This document shows positions 39,473-47,394 of a stretch of 64,000 nucleotides of DNA, one piece after another. A program made the translations under genes and the position numbers. Each line of letters begins with the position of its first letter. Positions within the stretch are counted from its first letter, which is position 1. A model generated the notes under the pieces. It ran no database searches and was not told where the DNA came from. It saw only the letters and a list, made by a program, of their open reading frames with translations. Origin of the DNA: a virus; the IMG/VR virus record IMGVR_UViG_3300033555_000001, positions 133,463-197,462 of that record; one strand, given 5' to 3'.

Positions 39473-39904
39473 TTATTTCGCTGTCATTTTCTCATAATAA
39501 TCGCCCCACCATTTAGCCTCACGTAGGACTCTGCCATTGACAATATCTACGCATTTTTTATCATTCTCCTGCATAACTACGCTAAGGCCACCTAACATTT
39601 TATGGTACGGTATAATTTTATCTATGGCCATTTGGTATCGGGCGGCTGTTACTTGTTCGTCTAAACCTAGTGCAATTGCTTGTTCTAAAAGAATATCACC
39701 AATCAAATGCGATTTTTTAGAAACTGCAGGATTATCAGTCGTCATTCTAAGACTTATAAACTCATAATATACTGAGCAATTTATTAGTTCATGGTGCGTA
39801 TTAGCGCGCCATTTTTGAAAGCGCAAGTGGTCTTTTTCAGATATTTCGCTATGCGCGTGCATACTACACGATGCAGCTAAAATAAGTGCAATAAGTTTTT
39901 TCAT
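39473..39904 (-). CDS. secreted/periplasmic hypothetical protein
   Basis: MKKLIALILAASCSMHAHS resembles a signal peptide. Confidence 0.6.
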   Translation of the reverse strand: MKKLIALILAASCSMHAHSEISEKDHLRFQKWRANTHHELINCSVYYEFISLRMTTDNPAVSKKSHLIGDILLEQAIALGLDEQVTAARYQMAIDKIIPYHKMLGGLSVVMQENDKKCVDIVNGRVLREAKWWGDYYEKMTAK

Positions 39905-40009
39905 GTTATATCCCATGTTAATTCAAACAGTTAAAAGTTATTCTGGATTCTCAGCTGCATTTTCGGCCCTTTGAAAGATTATCAGACGCTGACAGCATTT
40001 TAACATATT

Positions 40010-41674
40010 TTAAAGCTCTAATTTAAATTTTAAATTACCACTGTCTTCACAGCGTAACCAACCATCAGCTCTCATATTCTCTAATTCTGTTTTACTGGCA
40101 TCAAAATTCTTTACTATTCCAGGCAGCGCGGATTTCATAGCTTGATATCGCAACAATCTAACTGGCCCTTTAACGTAAAAATAGTTAGGCCGTGTTGTCT
40201 TAATCAGTTTAAACCCTGCTCTGAGGTACGCATCACCCACTGAAATTCTGCGATCTGCATAGGTGATTAAAGTCCGGTACGACTTTTTTCTGAGCTCTGC
40301 TAGAATTCGCTGAAATCCTCCGGTGACCGAAACTCCTGCACTGGCAAATCTAATTAGCTCTAATTCTTCTTTACCAAACCTAGCATGTCCAAAGCTAGCC
40401 GCTTGAACAAGTTTGTCATTATCAAACAGCCCAATAGTAAAACTTGCCTGCGCACTTCCTTGCAAGTGCCACTGCTTAAAAAATTCAGGACAGCCGCCCT
40501 TAAGCACTTTTACTTTTAGTTTTCTAGCCATTAGTCTAGGCAGCAATCCTAACTTAGCAAGTATAATGTTGTGCACCACAAGAGGCTTTTCATCTATTTC
40601 AAAATCCCAGAAGTGCAGTAACTGAATACCCGCAGCTTCAGCTAATTCAGTTTTCTTAATTAACGGTTGGGATACAGATTGGTCGTGATGCCAGTACACT
40701 CCATTTACTTCTATTGCTAATTGCTTAGCCGGAATATAAATGTCTAGTTCTAACGGTGAAATAACATTTCTGTCTTCTACCAAATACGAGAGATCTGTGT
40801 TAGATACCATTGCTTCAACGACTGTCTGAACTCCGCTCTTTCTTCTACAATACGGACAGAGAATACCTCTGTGTAGTCTGCCAGCTGCTTCAAATTGTTT
40901 GCCGCACTCTAGATGCTGCCACATGTATTTGGTTTCGTAACCGGACCAATCAGCTTTTGTGAACACTGGTATAACACTGCAGTCAGTTTTAATCTTCTGC
41001 ATCTGCTCGTCAAAAGACCCGTCTAGAAAGCGCAATTTTGCTCGGTTGCTTAATTGTTTTTTCACTTCAGCAGTTTTAGTATAGTGAACCTCACCGTACT
41101 TAAGTAAAGTAGTTGATTCTGTTTTTATTCTAGTTTCTTGTTTTTCTGTTACCGATCGCCGTGCATGAGTAGCTGAAATTTGTTTCTTAATAACATCCGA
41201 ATTGGCTGGATTTTCAGTACCGTATCTGAGCATATTTGTCGTAGCAGCTTTTTCTCGAACTTTAGGTGCGGACCATGATGCTTCATATCCGTACACTGCT
41301 AAACTTGTTTCTCTAATTTTAGCCCTGACAAGTTCAGAACCCGCAGCATGTTCGGTTCCATACTTACTAAGATTGGTTTCTGATCGTTTTGATTTTGTGC
41401 TCTTTGAGACTGCGGCGCACTTAGGACTGCAGAATTTTTGAAGTTTGCCGTTAGCGTTTAAATTTAACGACTGACCACAGGAACAGTTTGGCCTGATTGA
41501 AATATCATTCTTCAATGCGTACATTTTTTCGGCAAGAGTAATCCACCCACCCAGATCCGCAGACATTAAATCAGCTTTAAAGATTTTTCCATTTGCGGAA
41601 TTTAGCAGGCCAGTCATGAACTTACCGTCACGGTAAGCAAGATCCTGAAAGCGAGCTAGGAATAATTCAAACAT
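40010..41674 (-). CDS. Hef-like free-standing homing endonuclease (Zn-finger/KYG repeats + Vsr/PD-(D/E)xK-like domain + C-terminal domain)
   Basis: CSCG...FCSPKC, repeated T(N)L.KYG units, ELDIYIP..QLAIEVNGVYWH, ELIRFAS and ITYADRR. AT-rich, and sits just after the capsid terminator. Confidence 0.7.
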   Translation of the reverse strand: MFELFLARFQDLAYRDGKFMTGLLNSANGKIFKADLMSADLGGWITLAEKMYALKNDISIRPNCSCGQSLNLNANGKLQKFCSPKCAAVSKSTKSKRSETNLSKYGTEHAAGSELVRAKIRETSLAVYGYEASWSAPKVREKAATTNMLRYGTENPANSDVIKKQISATHARRSVTEKQETRIKTESTTLLKYGEVHYTKTAEVKKQLSNRAKLRFLDGSFDEQMQKIKTDCSVIPVFTKADWSGYETKYMWQHLECGKQFEAAGRLHRGILCPYCRRKSGVQTVVEAMVSNTDLSYLVEDRNVISPLELDIYIPAKQLAIEVNGVYWHHDQSVSQPLIKKTELAEAAGIQLLHFWDFEIDEKPLVVHNIILAKLGLLPRLMARKLKVKVLKGGCPEFFKQWHLQGSAQASFTIGLFDNDKLVQAASFGHARFGKEELELIRFASAGVSVTGGFQRILAELRKKSYRTLITYADRRISVGDAYLRAGFKLIKTTRPNYFYVKGPVRLLRYQAMKSALPGIVKNFDASKTELENMRADGWLRCEDSGNLKFKLEL

Positions 41675-41782
41675 CCTTTTATTATAACATCAACATTTAT
41701 TTCGGGTTGAGTTATATTATCAACTAAAATTTAAAGTTATGGAAAGGGAACGTTTAATCAGTGCTATTATTTTCTGGGTGCA

Positions 41783-41808
41783 AAAAAGGAGACCTAGGTC
41801 TCCTTTTT
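41783..41808. terminator. bidirectional terminator-like palindrome after the major capsid gene
   Basis: AAAAAGGAGACCTAGGTCTCCTTTTT is a perfect inverted repeat with T-tracts on both strands. Confidence 0.85.
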
Positions 41809-41853
41809 AAGATTAAGTTGTTGCGGAACAACAACTTAGAAAGTTACATCTGA

Positions 41854-43125
41854 TTACGAGAACGAAACGTTTGTGATCCTGATCCGTGCGTAGTAATCCG
41901 CGCTGTTACCAAGCGATGTACCAGCGTTGGTGAACGTAGCTTTTCCGTACCGGGTCATGAGGCTCACTGCTGGCATGAACGTGTTAGCGTCCATAACAAC
42001 ACCGGTGCTCATCAGTGGAACGTATGGGCAGTAAAAGTAACCTGTATCCAACTCTGACGAACCGCCTTTGTAGCCGATCAAGATGTCTTCGCCAGTTGTA
42101 CCAGTAGCCGAACCAGCGCCGCCAGTCAATGTCCAAGCATCATTCAGACCCCAGTTGTACGAGTAAACGCGCATCTGGCCATTCAACATACCAACAAGCT
42201 TGTTACCGGTAGGATCTTGGAACTGGCCAGAGACCGCTGGTGCAAACACGGACTTTGAAGCAGATTGCAAGATCGAAGTAACCAAGTGCGAACCAACCAA
42301 CCAGTTACCAGGTCCACGACGCGTTTTAGCGCCGATTTCGTTTGCAAGCTTGTTAACCAAAATACCAAGTTCAGCGTAACGATCACCAATGAAGTTCGGC
42401 GAGAAACCAGCTGGTGGAGTTGCGAAGTCGAATGTTCCAACAGTTGCGGCCAGGGCCAACAGGTCTGTCAAGATTTCATTGTCGATTTCGTGAGCGATCT
42501 GAGCTGACAAGGCTGCTGTCAATTCATTTTCCAGATCAAGACCGTGCTGCGAAGTCATGTCCTGAGCTGCTTCCATTGTCCAACGAGCCTGCAACTTACG
42601 GGAACCTGCAGTGATTGTTTGCTTCAAGACGCTCAAACGCAACGCACGACCGCCGTAGCCTTCGTAATCGCTTGTATTCGCGCCAACACCAGTACTTGTG
42701 TTAGCTGTCAGTGCTGGCGGATAACCTGCCGTACCAACGTTTGCTGTCGAATAGAAACGCTTCATCTTCGAGTTGTTTGCAAAAACTTCATCACCAGCAG
42801 CGATGTCGTTTGAAGGATCGCCGTTTGTGTCGACGGACTCAGCAAACGCAAAGCGCAAGCTGTATACCAAGCCAACTGGACCGCTCATTGGCTGTACGCC
42901 AACTAGATCGGTTGCAATAGTACCTGGCAAAATACGACGAATCATCGGGATAACGATTTTTTGGAAGCCGTCAACAGCGTTAGCCGTTGTTGCAGTTGCG
43001 CTTGCGGTTTCCATCATGTACTGCTTCTGATTCTCCAGAAGAGTAGACACGATTTGTTTCTTCGAACCAGTAAGGCCTTCTAGCAAGGCGGCTTTAGTTT
43101 CGATCCAGTTTTCCGTTAGTAACAT
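41854..43125 (-). CDS. gp23: major capsid protein (T4 gp23-like)
   Basis: LLENQ, IPMIRR..P..IA.DLVGVQPMSGPVGLVY.LR, SRKLQARWTMEAAQD...HGLD.E.EL, YCPYVPL and MTRYG. Confidence 0.97.
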   Translation of the reverse strand: MLLTENWIETKAALLEGLTGSKKQIVSTLLENQKQYMMETASATATTANAVDGFQKIVIPMIRRILPGTIATDLVGVQPMSGPVGLVYSLRFAFAESVDTNGDPSNDIAAGDEVFANNSKMKRFYSTANVGTAGYPPALTANTSTGVGANTSDYEGYGGRALRLSVLKQTITAGSRKLQARWTMEAAQDMTSQHGLDLENELTAALSAQIAHEIDNEILTDLLALAATVGTFDFATPPAGFSPNFIGDRYAELGILVNKLANEIGAKTRRGPGNWLVGSHLVTSILQSASKSVFAPAVSGQFQDPTGNKLVGMLNGQMRVYSYNWGLNDAWTLTGGAGSATGTTGEDILIGYKGGSSELDTGYFYCPYVPLMSTGVVMDANTFMPAVSLMTRYGKATFTNAGTSLGNSADYYARIRITNVSFS

Positions 43126-43157
43126 GTGTTGTGCTCCTTATATAGTGTGGGACAGGA

Positions 43158-44045
43158 TTACTTGCTGATACCTGCGAGGCGCTGCAGATTGGCGATGCTT
43201 TCATTAAGCTTCGTTGCTACTGCCGCTGGTTCCAACGGTGCGTCACCTGTCACGACCGTGGTTTTCTTTTCAACTGTAGACTCACTAAGAGTAGTAGTTG
43301 CCGGAGCAGCTACGTCTTCTTTCATGATACGACCGATGAAGAATTTATATGACTCTTCAAGACGAGCAGTATCGATGTTTTTAAGAACCATCTCCATTTG
43401 CTCACGTTTCTTTCCTGATAGATTAGAAAGAATTTTCTCAAGCTTTACTTCACGTACCATCACGCGATTAGCTTCTTCCGAGTCAGTTAATGCTTGTGCT
43501 AGATCTGCAAGTTGTGATTCAGCCACCTGGAGCTTGGAGCTCACGGAGTCTTCATTAACATGCGCTTTAGCAAATGTGGTTGCGTACGCTTCAAAAATCT
43601 GGCGACCAAATTCGTTTTGTTTTACAAGTGCGATATCTTCCGACAGTTCATCGATTTCGGCGGAGAGGCGAACTTCAAAAAACGCGTCCATTTTGTCGAT
43701 TAGCTGTTCCATTTCCGATTCAACTTCATCGGCTAATTTGTACTTTTCTTCAACTAACTTTTCAGCGTACTCAGCTTCAAGGTCGCGGAAACGTTCAATA
43801 TCAGATTTAAGTTCAGTAACTTCTTTAAGCAAAGCATCTGCTACAAAGCCATCAACCTTAGTAACCAGTTCATCGCGCTCAGCAAGCCACTGTTCTGCGA
43901 GTTCCGAACGAACCGTCAGTGAAACTTCTTCGCGGACTTGCGTCTTGAAGGATTCAACTGAAGTTGTCCATTGCTCGGAGATTTCAGCTTTAGTTTCTTC
44001 GCTAAGCAGCTCAGACTGAAGCAATTTCTGCAGGATTTCGTCCAT
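43158..44045 (-). CDS. gp22: prohead core scaffolding protein (T4 gp22-like)
   Basis: Acidic coiled coil with FGRQIFEAY and C-terminal LQRLAGI, immediately upstream of the capsid gene. Confidence 0.8.
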   Translation of the reverse strand: MDEILQKLLQSELLSEETKAEISEQWTTSVESFKTQVREEVSLTVRSELAEQWLAERDELVTKVDGFVADALLKEVTELKSDIERFRDLEAEYAEKLVEEKYKLADEVESEMEQLIDKMDAFFEVRLSAEIDELSEDIALVKQNEFGRQIFEAYATTFAKAHVNEDSVSSKLQVAESQLADLAQALTDSEEANRVMVREVKLEKILSNLSGKKREQMEMVLKNIDTARLEESYKFFIGRIMKEDVAAPATTTLSESTVEKKTTVVTGDAPLEPAAVATKLNESIANLQRLAGISK

Positions 44046-44157
44046 GCTTTCTCCTAATTAAATTTACCAAATTTTATAACCTGGCAAGTGTTGTGTTCTG
44101 CACTGACTGAAACAACAATCGTTTCTTTATCATGTTGTGGTATTTAGCGCGCAGTCG

Positions 44158-44192
44158 AAAAAACGCATCAAAAACACAGTGCTTTTGATGCG
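44158..44192 (-). terminator. intrinsic terminator
   Basis: CGCATCAAAA-loop-TTTTGATGCG followed by a TTTTTT run on the minus strand. Confidence 0.75.
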
Positions 44193-44200
44193 CAGGGAGT

Positions 44201-44368
44201 TTACTCGTCAGATTGTTCTACAGATGCTTCTTCTTTTGCGGCCGAGAAGCCCGCGAGTTCTTGTGTTTTTGCTACAATGTAGTTGTGGATAGTTACTTCA
44301 GCCTGCTCAGGCCGATCATTAATCAAATCCTGCAACATTGATTTTAGTTGCTCGCGTGCTTCGCTCAT
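44201..44368 (-). CDS. small prohead core-like protein (55 aa, below the ORF-track cut-off)
   Basis: MSEAREQLKSMLQDLINDRPEQAEVTIHNYIVAKTQELAG...; AAGGA SD, TAAATA at 44400 and a terminator after it. Lies between the protease and scaffold genes. Confidence 0.7.
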   Translation of the reverse strand: MSEAREQLKSMLQDLINDRPEQAEVTIHNYIVAKTQELAGFSAAKEEASVEQSDE

Positions 44369-44425
44369 TGTGAGATCCTTTATATTAGTTAGCGCATGGT
44401 ATTTAGTTCTACCGGTTGTGTGGAA

Positions 44426-44968
44426 TTACCACTCACTCTCTTCGGACCTGTCGATCACCGGTTTGACGAGCCTGACTGCCTTTCTAATAGATGCTCCATC
44501 AGGGAAAACAAAGTAAAAGATCCCAAAGTTCTCATGACGCTTGTACTCGATGCCAGCGTCTTTAAGTTCAGCCTCTGCTTTTTGAGCATTCAGCCGATCT
44601 TCGAAACCAAACTCTGGGCGCTCTGTACTGACGCCACCCATCTTCACGCCGAGGTGTTTACCTTCAGCAACTTTAGACCGTAGAAATTTTTCAAGGGATG
44701 CACCGCCTTCGGCGCGAGCCGCTGCGGTGATGGCTACTTTATCAGTATCCCACTGCTTTTGCGATTCATCGTCTGCAATCGACGCGGCAACTTTACCAGA
44801 TTTATTGAACAGCACGTTTATACCGTAGTAGTCCTCTTGATCGGCTTTGGCCGAGTTATTCTTAACAAGCACCGCAAACGTGGCCCCAATTGCGCCCATG
44901 TCGCCCGTACCGCAGTATTTATTTTTCTTGATCGCCTCGGTAAGTGCGATTAATTCCCTCAATATCAT
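44426..44968 (-). CDS. hypothetical protein, candidate internal head protein
   Basis: Overlaps the protease stop. N-terminus MILRELIALTE-A. Confidence 0.65.
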   Translation of the reverse strand: MILRELIALTEAIKKNKYCGTGDMGAIGATFAVLVKNNSAKADQEDYYGINVLFNKSGKVAASIADDESQKQWDTDKVAITAAARAEGGASLEKFLRSKVAEGKHLGVKMGGVSTERPEFGFEDRLNAQKAEAELKDAGIEYKRHENFGIFYFVFPDGASIRKAVRLVKPVIDRSEESEW

Positions 44969-45579
44969 TTTCCACCTTTGCGGATGGCCTCTAACAGGGC
45001 GTTAATTTCTTTCTTAAAGTACTCTTGAGCCTTTGGATCATGCACAACGGCTTCGGCTAAAGTGAGAACTTTCTTTGAACCAAGAGCTTCTGCAACGTAG
45101 TTTGGATAGGCGTCTGGCGCGCTTGGTGTGGAAACAATGTCCATTGTCACAAATGCAAAGTCTGAAACATTACCACCTTCATTTACCGTACCTGTACCAC
45201 GGGAGCTCACACCTAGTCTGACTCCACCCTCCATGATGGCCTTAGCAATATTACCGCATGGCGTATTCAACATCTTCATTTTGCCAACTGCGTTGTTGCC
45301 GTCCATACGGATTTCAGTAATGGCGTGCGATACATTTGCCAGGTTAATGCTTAGAACATCGGGATGGTTTAATTCTCCCAAAATAAAATTGCCCTGTTTA
45401 ATTTTACTCTGGCATTCGTCAACTGCGCGAGTAATTTGATCAACCCCATAAGTTCTTCCGTTACCGTTTTTCATCGCGGCCTGCATCATGATTCCGGACA
45501 AAAACATATCGCCACCCACGCGTTTCATTTCTGTCAAATTAGTAACATTCGGTGCAAGATATTCTGTCAACAAGATCAT
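44965..45579 (-). CDS. gp21: prohead protease (T4 gp21-like)
   Basis: GI.MQA..KNGNGRTY, LGELNHP, VSHAIT, LNTPCG, LGVSSRGTG and DIVSTPSAPDAY. Confidence 0.95.
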   Translation of the reverse strand: MILLTEYLAPNVTNLTEMKRVGGDMFLSGIMMQAAMKNGNGRTYGVDQITRAVDECQSKIKQGNFILGELNHPDVLSINLANVSHAITEIRMDGNNAVGKMKMLNTPCGNIAKAIMEGGVRLGVSSRGTGTVNEGGNVSDFAFVTMDIVSTPSAPDAYPNYVAEALGSKKVLTLAEAVVHDPKAQEYFKKEINALLEAIRKGGK

Positions 45580-45692
45580 TTTGTAACTCCCAGTTTTAAC
45601 TTAGCTTCCAGACCTGCAATAATCTTTATTACGGTCACGGCTTTAACTTTATTCTTGTATTTAGCGTACAGCTCTTTTTTAGGGCGCCGGCC

Positions 45693-45720
45693 AAATAATA
45701 CCTGCCCGTAGGCAGGTGTT
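45693..45720 (-). terminator. hairpin with a C(UACG)G tetraloop after the portal gene
   Basis: The minus strand reads ACCTGCC-TACG-GGCAGGT-ATTATTT. Confidence 0.6.
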
Positions 45721-45741
45721 CTACGTACTATAAGAAATAAA

Positions 45742-47391
45742 TTACTCTGCGGGTGGCTCTTCTGCAGGGGTTAATGTCTTAAATGGCGCGTCTTCAAAGT
45801 CCGTGTCTAATAACCCAGCTGCAGGATCCATATCCATTTCATCAGTTCCACCACCACCTTGTGCAACGTCAGTTCCTACAATCACTGGCGCACGCTGAGA
45901 ATAAACAGCATCGTCGTACAGCTGCTGCATGATAGGCACACCTGCTGTATCAACCATGTTCTTTTCTTCTTTGAGCTGAACTTCATTCATCTGAATTTCA
46001 TCGTCAGACAGACCAAGATAGCGCTTAAGAATAAACCGGCGTGACAACCATTTAACCTCTTGAATATTGGTAAACGAGCTAATAAGATCGGCGTCAAGAG
46101 CTGCCTGGCGGTAGAGTGCAAAGTTCGCTGGGTCTGGTAGTTTAATGCTGAATACTTCATCATCAACGTGTAGCCCACATACCTTTAGGTAAATCTTAAA
46201 TTCGGCGTCGTAGATCTCATTGATCCTGTCCTGCAGCCTCGAAATAAAGTTCGCAAATCTGAGCTCTTCAATGTACGCAATACCTACTTTGCCGTCATTA
46301 GACTGCGGATCGGTGCCACCACTGCCGCCCATGTACGAGGTAGGAATACGCAGGCCGCGGAAGATCTTATCCTGGAATTGCTTGAGTAAATTAGTACCAA
46401 AGTCCTCGCTGCCACCGGGCAGTGTTTCAACCCGTGAACCTTTACCGGCCGCTGTTACTGGGAAAAAGTAATCTTCTTGGAGTGAAGACGGATCGTACTG
46501 CCCGTCAACCGTGTCCTTCATGCCATTTGTCTGTACACCCGGTGCGCGCTTTTGACGAATTTCATTTTTGATAGATTCAAGATAACGCTTTACCGCTTGC
46601 TGGTTCATGTTACCGGTGTCAATGTAGAACACGCGTCGCTCTGGGGCTCGCACAATTCGGTAAATGATTACTGCGTCTTCCAGCATTGACAGCTGGCGGT
46701 AAACGCGGAAAATTGGTTTTAGTACCGAAGCGCCAAAGGGTGCAGAGTCCCCCATGTCGTCTGACATAGAGAAATGAATCATTGCCGATGCTGGAACAAT
46801 ATCAAACTGCTCACCGCGATTTACACCAAAGCCAGTTGTACTTGCAATGCCAGGGCGGCGCAAATGATAATTTATTCGCGATCCCATTTCGTCAATTTCA
46901 ATTCCAGCTACTAGCGATGGATCCACATACGCCCATTTTCTGGTGTCACTTGCCTTGCGGAAGAAACAATCACCGTACTTGATCATGCATCTTGATGTAC
47001 TAAACACACGCTTCTTGAGGTCCTGCAGCTGTGCCCACTGGCGTAGAGCCGCGCGAACTGTTACCGTTGTAGTATCTGAAACGTCTTGGTTATCTTCTTT
47101 TTGCCACTGAATTAAAAATGGCAACTCAGTCTTGTCATCTTTACCGGACATTTCTTCTGCAATAATATCCAGTGAGCGAGAAATATCAATGTCTGCGTCC
47201 ATTGCATCGTACTGCTTGTACGTTGCAGTACGGCCGCCAGGGCCGCGCATGATTTGCGAATACCAGGTAACGGCGGCCAACGAGCTGGCGTCAGTGCTGC
47301 GCGGATCGTATGCATCCGTTGCCAGCGTGGTGTACATTTGTTTTCGCGTCTTTGGAGATACTATCTTCCACATCGCGGAGAGTTGTGCCAT
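45742..47391 (-). CDS. gp20: portal protein (T4 gp20-like)
   Basis: QLSMLEDAVIIYRIVRAPERRVFYIDTGNM, EDYFFP...G..VETLPGG, LRIPTSY and EELRFANFISRLQ. Confidence 0.97.
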   Translation of the reverse strand: MAQLSAMWKIVSPKTRKQMYTTLATDAYDPRSTDASSLAAVTWYSQIMRGPGGRTATYKQYDAMDADIDISRSLDIIAEEMSGKDDKTELPFLIQWQKEDNQDVSDTTTVTVRAALRQWAQLQDLKKRVFSTSRCMIKYGDCFFRKASDTRKWAYVDPSLVAGIEIDEMGSRINYHLRRPGIASTTGFGVNRGEQFDIVPASAMIHFSMSDDMGDSAPFGASVLKPIFRVYRQLSMLEDAVIIYRIVRAPERRVFYIDTGNMNQQAVKRYLESIKNEIRQKRAPGVQTNGMKDTVDGQYDPSSLQEDYFFPVTAAGKGSRVETLPGGSEDFGTNLLKQFQDKIFRGLRIPTSYMGGSGGTDPQSNDGKVGIAYIEELRFANFISRLQDRINEIYDAEFKIYLKVCGLHVDDEVFSIKLPDPANFALYRQAALDADLISSFTNIQEVKWLSRRFILKRYLGLSDDEIQMNEVQLKEEKNMVDTAGVPIMQQLYDDAVYSQRAPVIVGTDVAQGGGGTDEMDMDPAAGLLDTDFEDAPFKTLTPAEEPPAE

Positions 47392-47394
47392 GTA

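Noticed and set aside
43126..44019. 297-aa plus-strand ORF
   Set aside because: Ser-rich antisense shadow of the scaffold gene.
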